A stretch of DNA of 64,000 nt from Malacoraja senta (taxonomy: Eukaryota), in the NCBI GenBank assembly GCA_038087875.1, contig CM075998.1, positions 1,800,001 to 1,864,000 on the forward strand. Direction: 5' to 3'. The translations under genes and the position numbers were made by a program. Positions 52,939 to 64,000 of the stretch are shown here, in pieces; the first letter of the stretch is position 1, and every line of letters starts with the position of its first letter. Below the pieces are notes generated by a model. That model was not told the DNA's origin. It saw only the letters and a list, made by a program, of their open reading frames with translations, and did no database searches.

Positions 52939-53809
52939 GACAGTGCTTTTTGCAGTGGCTCACTGAAGAGAACCTTGAATAAATCATGATTTCCTGCATC
53001 AAGTCACATTCAACGTAGTTCCCATTGTCATAAAAATGTTAGATAGGTGATGAAAATCACAGAACCCATGGAGAAGAGGCACAACGCTGGTTCATAATCA
53101 ATGAAATATAATTGGCAAAAAACAGCATGGTGACCAAAATAAATCTAGGCTTATTTACCAGGTGTTAGAAGGCCATTCACAGTAATAGCCATTTTTCCAA
53201 CAATTTCCACCCATTAAACATTGTTCACTGAAAGATAGGAATAACATGTTTTTTTGGGGCATGGTAACTGGAAGGTGAAATGGTAAAAAGCGGTATGGTA
53301 TACTTTCATTAAGCAGCTGATGGATATCTTATTTGCGAGAACAACCGCATTCATTATTTTCCCCACCGGCAACTGGAAGCAGCCAGATAAGATTCTGGGT
53401 CCTGACCAATGACTACACCCATATCATCCTGAGATCAGCCTTCATACCTTCATCGGTCAGGGCATTGAATATAAGATTCACAAAGTCATGTTGCAGCTTT
53501 CAAAAGCGTCGGGTAGGCCACATTTGGAGTGTAGTTCCGGTCGCCCTATTTTGGAAGGACATTGAGGGTTTTGAGATGATGCAGAAGGAAGATGTAGATC
53601 ACTCACTATATTCCTGATCCATGTCGGGTGTTTGTATAGACTGCTTCTGTGGAATGTTATCTAGCGCATGCGTGCTATCCAGGAGTAGCTCTAACACTGA
53701 TAAGACTTATTTGGAATGTGGAGGCTTTGTCACAGTCTGACTGCCTCATGTTTAATAAAGAATTTAATATGAAGTTAAACTACTTGTTGTTATTCTCACA
53801 ACTTCATAC

Positions 53810-53918
53810 AACTAGTTATAAAGAGAGATTAGAGAAATTTGGAATTATTTTCTCTGGAACATTGGAGGTTGAAGGGAGACATGATAGAAGTATAAAAAGA
53901 TTATGAGAGGCATAGATA
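53810..53918 (+). mobile_element. CR1 fragment, left part of a copy split by the Rex1 insertion
   Basis: SYKERLEKFG...RLKGDMIEV; continues at ~56637. Confidence 0.75.
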
Positions 53919-56636
53919 GTTCAAGTTCAAGTTCAAGAGAGTTTATTGTCATGTGTCCCTGATAGGACAATGAAATTCTTGCTTTGCTTCAGCACAACAG
54001 AACATAGTAGGCATTGACTACAAGGCATTCTATAAATATATACACACATGAATCAATATACTGATAAGTGCAAATAACAGTATTGGCTAATAAAGTTTAG
54101 TGTTATGTCCGAGCCAGGTTCAATAGCCTGATGGCTGTGGGGAAGTAGCTATTCCTGAACCTGGTCGTTGCAGTCTTCAGGCTCCTGTACCTTCTACCTG
54201 AAGGTAGTAGGGAGATGAGTGTGTGGCCAGGATGGTGTGGGTCCTTGATGATACTGCCAGCCTTTTTGAGGCAGCGACTGTGATAGATCCCCTCGATGGA
54301 AGGGAGGTCAGAGCCGATCATGGACTGGGCAGTGATTACTACTTTTTGTAGTCTTTTCCTCTCCAGGGCGCTCAAGTTGCCGAACCAAGCCACGATGCAA
54401 CCGGTCAGCATGCTCTCCACTGTGCACCTGTAGAAGTTAGAGAGAGTCCTCCTTGACAAACCGACTCTCCGTAATCTTCTCAGGAAGTAGAGGCGCTGAT
54501 GTGCTTTCTTAATAATGGCATCAGTGTTCTCGGACCAGGAAAGATCTTCAGAGATGTGCACGCCCAGGAATTTGAAGCTCTTGACCCTTTCAACCGTCGA
54601 CCCGTTGATATAAACGGGACTGTGGGTCCCCATCCTACTCCTTCCAAAGTCCACAATCAGTTCCTTGGTTTTGCTGGTGTTGAGGGCCAGGTTATTGTGC
54701 TGGCACCATATGGACAGTTGCTCGATCTCTCTTCTATACTCTGACTCATCCCCATCAGTGATACGTCCCACAACAGTGGTGTCGTCAGCGAACTTGATGA
54801 TGGAGTTCGCACTATGTCCGGCTACGCAGTCATGAGTATAGAGTGAGTACAGCAGGGGGCTGAGCACGCAGCCTTGAGGTGCTCCCGTGCTGATTGTTAT
54901 CGAGTCTGACACATTTCCACCAATACGAACAGACTGTGGTCTATGAGTGAGGAAGTCGAGGATCCAATTGCAGAGGGATGCGCAGAGACCCAGTTCTGCG
55001 AGTTTGGTAACCAGCTTGGAGGGGATGATTGTATTAAATGCCGAGCTGTAATCGATGAATAACAGCCTGACATATGAGTTTTTGTTGTCCAAGTGGTCCA
55101 GAGCGGAGTGGAGGGCCAGCGAGATCGCATCCACCGTTGATCTCTTGTGGCGGTAAGCAAACTGCAGTGGGTCCAGGTTTTTGTCGAGGTAGGAGTTGAT
55201 CTGCGTCATGATCAACCTCTCAAAGCACTTCACCACCACAGGCGTTAGTGCCACAGGTCGATAGTCATTGAGGCACGTCACCTTACTCTTCTTGGGCACT
55301 GGTATAATTGATGTCCTTTTGAAGCAGGTGGGAACCTCAGACCTCAGAAGTGAGAGGTTGAAAATGTCCGTAAAAACTCCAGCCAGTTGGTCCGCACAGG
55401 TTTTTAGAACACGACCAGGTATACCATCAGGTCCAGGTGCTTTTCGAGGGTTCACCCCTCTGAAGGATTTCCTGACGTCGGCCTCTGTGACTGAGACTGA
55501 AATACCATCACAGCGAATGGGGGCTCGGGAAGGCACATCGGTGTTCTCCCTATCAAAGCGTGCGTAGAACGCATTGAGCTCATCAGGGAGTGATGTTTCG
55601 CCGACATTCGAGCTGCCTCCTGATTTAGACTTGTAAGAGGTGATTGCATTCAGGCCCTGCCACAGCCGCCGAACATCTGTCTCTTCCTCCAGTTTGGAGC
55701 AGAAGTCCCTTTTGGCCTTTTTGATGGCCTTACCAAGGTCGTATCTGGACTTCTTGTGGGCCACTGTATCATCAGACATGAATGCCCGGTGTCTGGACTT
55801 CAGAAGAGTGCGGATCTCAAAGTTCATCCAAGGTTTCTGATTGGGAAACGCTCGGAAGGTTTTGGTGGGGATGCAGTCCTCCACACACTTCTTAATGAAG
55901 TCTGTAACGACTGTGGCGTATTCGTTCAGGTCCATTGCCGAGTCCTTGAACATTGCCCAGTCTACAGACTCCAAACACTCCTGGAGTTGTTCCTCTGCTC
56001 CCCCCGACCAGCTCTGTACTGTCCTCACCTCTGGGGGTGCGCTCTTTAATTGCTGCCTGTAGGCAGGAAGAAGCAGCACCGCGGTATGGTCGGATTTACC
56101 GAAGTGAGGGCGAGGGATAGAGCGATAGGCATTCTTGATGGTGGTGTAGCAGTGGTCGAGGGTGTTTGGTCCTCTGGTGCATCAGGAGACATGTTGGTGG
56201 AAGGTAGGGAGTGATTTCTTTAGGTTTGCCTTATTGAAGTCCCGGCTATGGTGGTGAACGCCTCGGGGTAAGACGTCTGGTGTTTGTTGACCATGGCGTG
56301 TAGCTCCTCCAGTGCCAGACGGACGTCTGCCTGGGGTGGGATGTAGACCGCGGTCAGGATGATGGAGGTGAATTCCCTTGGGAGGTAGAAGGGACGGCAC
56401 TTCACCGCCAGATGTTCGAGGTGTGGAGAGCAGGAGTTGGACAGGACTGCCACGTCTGAGCACCACGCAGAGTTGACCATGAGGCAGACGCCCCCCTCCT
56501 CTCCCTTTCCCAGATGCCAGTGTACGGTCCATACGGTGGATGGAGAAACATTCAGGCTGGACCGCTGAGTCTGGGGAGCTGGGGGTGAGCCATGTCTATG
56601 TGAAACAGAACACAGAGCATTCCCTCAGCTCCCTTT
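53919..56636 (-). mobile_element. Rex1/Babar-clade LINE, 5'-truncated within the APE endonuclease
   Basis: Endonuclease remnants (TAVYIPP, GDFN, LDHCY, SDH), full RT domain, 3' UTR ending tgacaataaa...(ttgaac)n. Confidence 0.9.
54103..56636 (-). pseudogene. Disrupted LINE polyprotein (APE + reverse transcriptase); 54103-56181 remains open
   Basis: KAPGPDGI, DYRPVALT, DPLQFAYR, LFIDYSSAFNTI, GAPQGCVLSPLLY, IIKFADDTTV, FKFLGVHI. In-frame TGA at 56182-56184 and a frameshift near 56245. Confidence 0.88.
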
Positions 56637-56955
56637 GAGTCAACAATCAGTGCTTTTTCCCACCAAGGTGAAAAATGTCAAGAGAGCATAGGTTTAAGGA
56701 CAGAGGGGAAAAGTTTAAAGGAGATGTGTGGGGCTTTTTTTTACACAGGGAGAGTGATAGGTGCCTGGAATATGTTGCCAAGGGCAGTGGTGGAAGCAGG
56801 TACAAAAGTGACACTTAAGAGGCTTTTAGATAGGCACATGAATATGCAGGGATGGTGGGACATGGATCACGCGCAGGTAGAAGAGATTAGTTTAATCCTA
56901 TTCAATACAGACAGTGTGAGTTGAAGGCCCTGTTCCTACGGTGTACAGTTCTATG
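56637..56955 (+). mobile_element. CR1 3' fragment, right part of the split copy
   Basis: RVIGAWNMLPRAVVEAGT..LKRLLDRHM plus 3' tail. Confidence 0.8.
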
Positions 56956-58271
56956 TAATCAAGGGGCTTGAAAACTTGCTATGTGTGCATCACTTTAGTT
57001 TATCAATGTGAAAGATTTCAATCAAACTGACTGGGTACTTGCAGTGAAAATCCCATTGAATACTAAATGTATTCTTGCTTTGTGCATATGATGTGCCTGT
57101 GCACATAGCCGCCTGGGCATTTGCAAACGGCGACATGTTCTGACATCATTTGTATTAAAACTATTTGCACATGTGTGGCTCACTAATGGCCCAGGTCATT
57201 CATACTGAAACAGGTCTTCACACAACTAGCGGGGCCTGCTTCTGTGCTAATTAAAGAGAAACAACTTGATCTGACTCATGGACCTGGAGGCCAGCATTGT
57301 GAATCTTTTACTTACTCTAGGCTCCAGCCCCACACCCACCACCATTATTCTCTCATTGCAGATGACATTAGGAGCATCATCACCAGATCCTGGTTTGATC
57401 ACATCCCTGAACTGATTCCAAAGGTCCTGATCTCCTTCCCAGCATATGTCCAAGTCCTTGATCTAAACTAAAAGACTGACTTTTCCAGCCCCAGTCTCTC
57501 TCAATATCTACTCAGCTTCTCGACGTTTCATGACCTCAACCTACCCAGTTTCCACCACATGGTCCATAATGGAGAAATGGCCTTTGTACATGTTTTGATG
57601 TGCAAGATTAATTCAATTGTTCACAATGCCTCGAGCTTCATATGCAATAGAACATCGCTGCAGGTGGAGAAAACACAATGCACAGGCATATATTTAACTT
57701 TGTTCTTCCAGAAAGGTAAAAAGTTAAATACATACAAACTTATGCAACATCTATCACAAATTTAGGACATTCCAAAGCACTATGTAACCACTGGAGTACT
57801 GTCGCAGTTCAGGAAACAAAGCCTGTATTGCCAACTGAGTTACAACTGACTGTGTTCTGGCTACCCTGTGTGAAAATAAAAGAATGTTGTTGTTTTTTAA
57901 ATCCTATGTACAACTTTCATGTCTTTAATAACTAAATTACTACTTGAACTGTTGAACTAATTGGAGACGACTCCTGACCTAACAAAATATAAATGCTTGA
58001 CAATCAGGCAACTAATTACCTTTAAGGACCTATGCTAACAGTTCAAATGCTAACATACTTAAGACTGGAAGTTGAGCAATACAACATGGGCCAGACATAT
58101 CAAGTTGAGAAATGCAAATTTACAAACGGGGTAAAACAAAAACAAAAAACAGATTCTGTACTGGGATGACCTGTACATGTTCAATGGTATGGATCAAGTC
58201 ACTTCCTAACCAGTCCCATGATATGCAAGGTTAATAACCTGACACATTCTATTTGCCCCATATATGCCTTT

Positions 58272-58449
58272 CATAGAAACATAGGAACATAGAAAATAGG
58301 TGCAGGAGTAGGCCATTCGGCCACACGAGCCAGCACCCCCATTCAATATGATCATAGCTGATCATCCAAAATCAGTACCCCGTTTCTGCTTTCTCCCCAT
58401 ATCCCTTGATTCTGTTAGCCCAAAGAGCTCTATCTAACTCTCTCTTGAA
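58272..58449 (-). mobile_element. CR1/HER1-type 3' tail
   Basis: Reverse complement of the 3340-3507 type tail. Confidence 0.85.
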
Positions 58450-58885
58450 TTAAGAGATTGCCTATTTATCACTTCTGTTATTACAGCTCTAATCAATCAA
58501 ATTATTTGCTTCATGCCAATGCATACAGATCCAACCAACCTAATCATTTTCTGCAGTTCTCTCTATATATTGTTGCACAGGATTAAATCAACTCCCTATT
58601 AATTTCCATTATATAGAATCACAAAATCCTGCTACGATAATTAAATGCAAAATCCCAATTTAAATTGCTTCTCTATTATTCATATTTCATTGTTTAGCAT
58701 TCTTGGGCTAGTCAAGAGAGAAAGACGCGATAAAATCGAATGCACATTAACCTCATACTCTTTAATAATCACACTTACAATCTTGGTAGGAATAAAATTT
58801 TACACAATATAATTCCGTTTTGAGATTAGAAGGACCAAGTATGCAGGAGGTCAGCATTATACCCCAGTGCACAGGTCAAAGGCAT

Positions 58886-59216
58886 AGATAGAGTGGATGT
58901 GGAAAGGATGTGGGAGAGTCCAGGACCAGAGGTCATAGCCTCAGAATTAAAGGGCGCTCTTTTAGAAAAGAGGTGAGGAGGACCTTCTTTAGAGGGTAGT
59001 TAATCTGTGGAACACATTGCCACAGAGAGCTGTGGAGGCCAAGTCTGTGGATATTTTTAAGGCAGAGATAGACAATTTCTTGATTAGGACGGGTGGCAAG
59101 GATTATGGGGAGAAGGCAGGAAAATGGGATTAGGAGGCAGAGATCAGCCATGATTGAATGGTGGAGTAGACTCGATGGACCAAATGGCCTAATTCTACTC
59201 CTATAACTTGTGAACT
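58886..59216 (+). mobile_element. CR1/HER1-type 3' fragment
   Basis: Matches 17256-17545 and 20455-20825. Confidence 0.85.
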
Positions 59217-60654
59217 TGTCAAGGGCTAAGGGATGGAAAGCCTTCATATCAGATCTCTGTTGTCTTTAAGTCAAGTTTCAGGCCTTTCTAGAAGGGATAT
59301 ATCAGGTCAAGCCTGTACTTACAATACCTGTATTGCAAGTGGTGCAGTGGACATGAGCTGTGTGTAGCCCTTCCATCTCAATCTTGTTAAAAGGGTGTCT
59401 TCGCCTGGGATGCTGAGCCAGTGAGCAGCAGCACTACCTGCTGCACCGCTGTACTGCTTGACATTATGGGAGAGTAATGAAGGGAATGTCCGAGAATCGC
59501 TGGAATCCCCTGAGAAACACCCCAGATTCCCACTGGATGTTATGCTGGGAAATCATGTTCTTGGATAACATTAAATGTCAAAAGACCATTTTGTATTGAG
59601 CTTGTGATCCTGAAATGCAAACTCTATACAATATTGAAATAGCTCCCGCTTTCTGATTTAAATGTAAATTATAAAATTACTGATTAAATACATTTAGGTA
59701 CTGGTGTAAAAATATTGCAAGTTGGCTGATTTTAAATGCAGGCTTCAGAAATCCCTAATCGTGCCATCAACCAGAGCCAAGCATAAAATTAGTGGATAGG
59801 TTGTTCGTACTAATCGTGACTCAATTGAATTTAGATATTACGTACTATTTTTGATGTTTTGAAACTGCAAATGTTCCCCAGAATTGCAATGTAATTCTGG
59901 TGCTCCAATAATTATTTTTTGTCAGAAAAATGGCAACTTGTGGGGAGTGATAATGAAAGGACTTCAATATGGCCGTCATTCTCACGTTGCAGCGATGGAG
60001 TTTTCCTCAGGGAGATATTCAAAAGTCACCATGCCGCAGTAAAATGATTAAAAAATGATTAATTCACTTTTGTGCTGTGACGGTTACTGCGATTTTGCAG
60101 AGATTTTGATTAAATTGGCCATTTAAAAGGAGCAGTAATCCTTCACAAGAAGCTTTGAGCACTTCGTCTGACTCATTTAGGCTGAACTGTATAAGACACG
60201 CAGGCTCAAATATGAATACATTTGACTTCTAAAGAAAATTATAAATTAATTGATAAATAAAAATGTATTACCGGGGATATTTTGTGATTTTTTTTGGAAG
60301 GAATGAAAAGACAGTAACCGTCACTATTTCATTTATATTAATTTAATTTTAATTCTGTTTTAATTATTTTAACATTTATTTATATTATTGTCAGATCAAT
60401 TATTTTTTGTTCATTCAGCAAAATGGACTATTATGGGGGGAAAAGGACCACTAAAGACAAGAGCGAGGAGAATGGTAACATACCAGGTAAGCTTGGTCAT
60501 GCAGTTAGATAATTATCTAACCTGAAATGAAAAAGACAAAGCTACCACCTCAGAGTGTGACTGTGTGAAAATACAATTAAAACTTCCAGATCTAAAGAGA
60601 TCAGATAAGATTTATTTTTAATGGGTGGGGATTTGCAAGATTTAAAAAAAGATT

Positions 60655-60960
60655 GGATTCTCTAATTTGAAGTAACTTCTACTTACTCCCCTCCCCTCTC
60701 TCCTTGCCCCCTTCCTCCACCCTAGTCATTTTAGCAGTTCCACAGTTCTCCACCTTGAGAGCACACCTACCCCAGCCAACAATGGGCCTACCAGGCACCT
60801 CCCTACCCAAGGTCATTTGTGGTCCTGATTGGTCTTGGTCTTTTCTCGCCTCCATCTCTTCACCCCCTCCCTACTTTCAGTCTGAAGAAGGGTCCCGACC
60901 CAAAACGTCACCCATCCTTTCTTCCGGATATGCTGCCCGACCCGCTGAGTTACTGCAGCC
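60655..60960 (+). mobile_element. PLE 3' end with CpG-decayed hammerhead (60882-60910)
   Basis: ttctctaatttgaagtaac ORF end, pyrimidine-rich 3' region, terminal repeat. Confidence 0.75.
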
Positions 60961-61899
60961 CTTGTTTCTACATTGGACAGGGTATCTCAAGTGCATGCTC
61001 CATTCAGTTCAATCTAAAGTGACAGCCAGGCTGTTTTGTTCATTTTAGTACCTCGATTTTTGTATTGGAAGCAATCCGCTGCTGAAAATAAGTGATGCCC
61101 TAGCCACTCGGCCTTAAGACCTCTTTTGAGTGCTGTCAACAGGAGCTACGTTTCCCTTACAATTTTTAGGATGCTACTATCACCCTATTTCCTCCCTGGT
61201 CAGCCAGTGAAATTATATCACGATATCATGGTGATACCGTAAAATGAAGTTACCACCATGATATCACTGGTAGATGAGTCAATTAATCACTGGGATAGTA
61301 GCACAAATGCAACAATAAAACTGAATATATGTAAAATATTGATTCCATCTCTTCCATTTTAAAGTTTTTGGAGTATTCACTGCTCATCAGACTTGATGTT
61401 TTTTATTAAATAACATATTAGCAATTTAGACATACCGCAGCAAAAAAAAAATCCTCATTAATAATATAGATTGGTGATTTAAAGAAGCTAAATGTATCTA
61501 ATACGCATGTTTAATGGTGCATTCTCGTCACGTGTCAATGCAAAGAAGAGGTTTCCGATTGTTAATAAGTATAACAAAGCCCCCATTTGAACAGCAGATT
61601 GTGAAAGTGCCACAATCATTATCACAAACTTTAGAAACAAATTAAATATGTGTACTTCCACCTTTCAAAACCAGGCTCTTGCTAGTTCAGACATCTGGAA
61701 GGAAAATCCTCTCCCTCTGATGACAGTAGGGGACTGTGTCCTTGGTAACAATGGATTTCTAAAATGGGAATGTCTCGCATTTATATGCTTCAATACATAC
61801 GCCTTGATCAAGGCAAAAATAAGATCGCCAAACATGGGAGAAATCTTTGGAGCATAAACAGAGATTTCCTTTAAATTTTTCATATCGACAAAGGACTTC

Positions 61900-62350
61900 T
61901 GCAATGGCATTGACCTCAGGAGGATGTGGAGATAGATCATTCAATCGCTATTTCAGACTGATTACTGTTGCAACCGCACCAAGCTTTACTTTCACACTCA
62001 TACGTTGGACTCCAGCATTAATGAGAATGGGAATACTCTGAGAGCTATCTCTTCCCAATAGCTCTATTATCATCTACCACCATTCACAACCAGATGTTGC
62101 AGCCCTGAGGAGCTTAGATCGTTGGACTTGTAACTGTTTACTCGGTCTATTGCATGCTGTTCAGCATGCATCTGCGGCAACTTAGATGGATTGGCACCTA
62201 GGTATACCCAAGTCAGTGCAACTTCAGCTATGTCCTTAATATACTCCTTATTGGACCTGGATTAGTCCTTTGGCTTAATGATAGAAATGCCAAGCCACAA
62301 GTTTACAGATTGTGAATGCAATTCTGCAATTCTGCTGCTGCTCATAATGA
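61900..62350 (-). mobile_element. Possible very old LINE fragment
   Basis: Weak resemblance, from memory, to chondrichthyan CR1/L2-like linker sequence. Not verifiable here. Confidence 0.3.
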
Positions 62351-62514
62351 TTAAACAAAAGGACGATCAGTTTTGAGCTGAAAGATGTCCTCTGTTGTTT
62401 CTATTGTCAGGATGTGAACGTCATAAGCAAGACCAACATTTAACATCTATCCCGAATTGCCATTGAAATGAATTTCGGTGAGCAGTTAGGTCAATCACAT
62501 TGGTGTGGGTTTGG

Positions 62515-62618
62515 AATCACAAGACTAAGTAAAGACTAAGTAAATCACAAGATTAAGTAAAGACTAAGTAAATCACTAAGTAATCACAAGACTAAGTAAA
62601 GACTAAGTAAAGACTAAG
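62515..62618. repeat. Short tandem array of aagactaagta / atcac units
   Basis: Directly visible, ~11-bp core repeated. Confidence 0.85.
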
Positions 62619-62672
62619 GCTTACTCTTCTAAAATATATGAATTAACTGGGTACCTTTGTCATCTCTTCTGA

Positions 62673-62728
62673 AATATTGTTCGTTAACTTTATCAAGATT
62701 AATATTGTTCGTTAACTTTATCAAGATA
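62673..62728. repeat. Tandem duplication of aatattgttcgttaactttatcaagat
   Basis: Two adjacent copies. Confidence 0.9.
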
Positions 62729-62879
62729 TAATAATTCAGAAATATGCTGACACTTAAAACATTTTCCAAATTCAAGACTTCAAAATTTAAGGGATTTTAT
62801 TAAATATATTCTCATCTTTCTATCATAATGGATGTCTGCCACCAAAGGCCTCCTGGCAGCTTCTTTGGGGCTGGCCACT

Positions 62880-63150
62880 TCAATAACTGGCACTGGCCAC
62901 TCAAATCAGCCACCCCGGACATGTTTATGATTGGTCTTACTGTATTTTAACGTTGTTTGTATCTATTTTAACTTATACTGTTCCATCAGGGACTGGATTG
63001 TTTTAGTGTTGTTATTATTATTATTATGTGAAATGTTTTAAACGTCATGTGCGATGCTCCGGTATTCCCTGGGAAACGTCTTTTCGTTTTGCACTGCACA
63101 ACTGTTGCTTGCAAGATGACAATAAAGGAATTGAATTGAATTGAATTGAA
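62880..63150 (+). mobile_element. Retroposon 3' end, probably Rex1-type
   Basis: Ends tgacaataaagg(aattg)n, the same terminal architecture as the Rex1 copies. Confidence 0.5.
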
Positions 63151-63811
63151 CACCTGCCACAACTGTTTCTTACCTTACTCTGTGGTAGAAAGTTTTACCA
63201 GGGTGGAAGGCTAGTGCCAGGCAAGTAACTGGTTTACTTGGATATCCAGTAATATAGGCAAATTCAGACAGAAAAGGAGAGGACATCATAATCCAATTTT
63301 GTACCAGCCACAAGAATTTGACTCTTATTTTGAAAGATTTCTGCTGTTAGTCAATTGAATTTATAATAAAAATAGCACATAATTAATTTTCTTCTCTTGG
63401 GTGCTCAAGTAATTTAATATTGATCTCCTTTTATTCAGTTGGCGTAATTATTTGACGTTCTTAACTTTTTTCAAGTAATTTAACAGTTTTCCCCTCCTGA
63501 TGAAAATAAATAAGTCAGAGTCCAGTCATTATTTTTTCTGGAATGAGTAAGGAGGTTTAGCACATTCATATGGTTTCCTCTGTCCATTGTTTAATGGAAA
63601 AGTAACCAATTTAGCAAATAAGAGAAAGTCATGTCAATTAAATAAGGAACTTCATTCTTCTTTACTGGTGTTTGTGAAGTGTTCACATTGAAATTCCACA
63701 TCTTCATTCAAATCATACAGAGCACAGCATGATTAAGTTGAAGTATTTGAATGCTGACATGGCAATTTCGATCTGACCCTTTGGACTTTGGAAAACATGC
63801 ATTACCCTTGC

Positions 63812-64000
63812 AGATAGACACAAAATGCTGGAGTAACTCAGCGGGACAGGCAGCATCTCTGGATAGAAGGAATGGATGACGTTTCGGGTCGAGACCCTTC
63901 TTCTTCTGAAGGGTCTCGACCAGAAACATCACCCATTCCTATCCAGAGATGTTGCCTGTCCCGCTGAGTTACTCCAGCATTTTGGGTCTATCTTTGGTGT
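63812..64000. mobile_element. Fold-back PLE-derived element (runs off the window)
   Basis: Inverted arms joined within the hammerhead region. Confidence 0.8.

Overview
Vertebrate genomic DNA, most likely a cartilaginous fish (skate, ray or shark). This is inferred from HE1-type V-SINEs and CR1/HER1-type LINE tails; the species cannot be determined from the sequence. The only supportable host gene is the first coding exon of a C1q-like gene (C1QL4-like, minus strand, 10502-9933). Its second exon is not in the window. The rest is intron and upstream DNA crowded with retroelements: CR1/HER1, Rex1/Babar (one copy with a 658-codon open RT region), RTE, L1, tRNA-derived SINEs and two PIF/Harbinger-type MITEs. 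The most abundant repeat is the terminal repeat of a Penelope-like element (GIY-YIG remnants present). It carries a minimal hammerhead-ribozyme core (CUGAAGA-stem II-GAAAC-GUC/GUU) in more than 20 intact or decayed copies, many arranged as ~200-bp fold-back insertions with 9-16 bp target-site duplications. The C1QL exon also has an in-frame, AUG-free 5' extension with an AUU in good Kozak context, a candidate non-AUG membrane-anchored isoform. There is one 200-N assembly gap. Repeat boundaries were read by eye and are approximate unless a TSD or TIR is cited.
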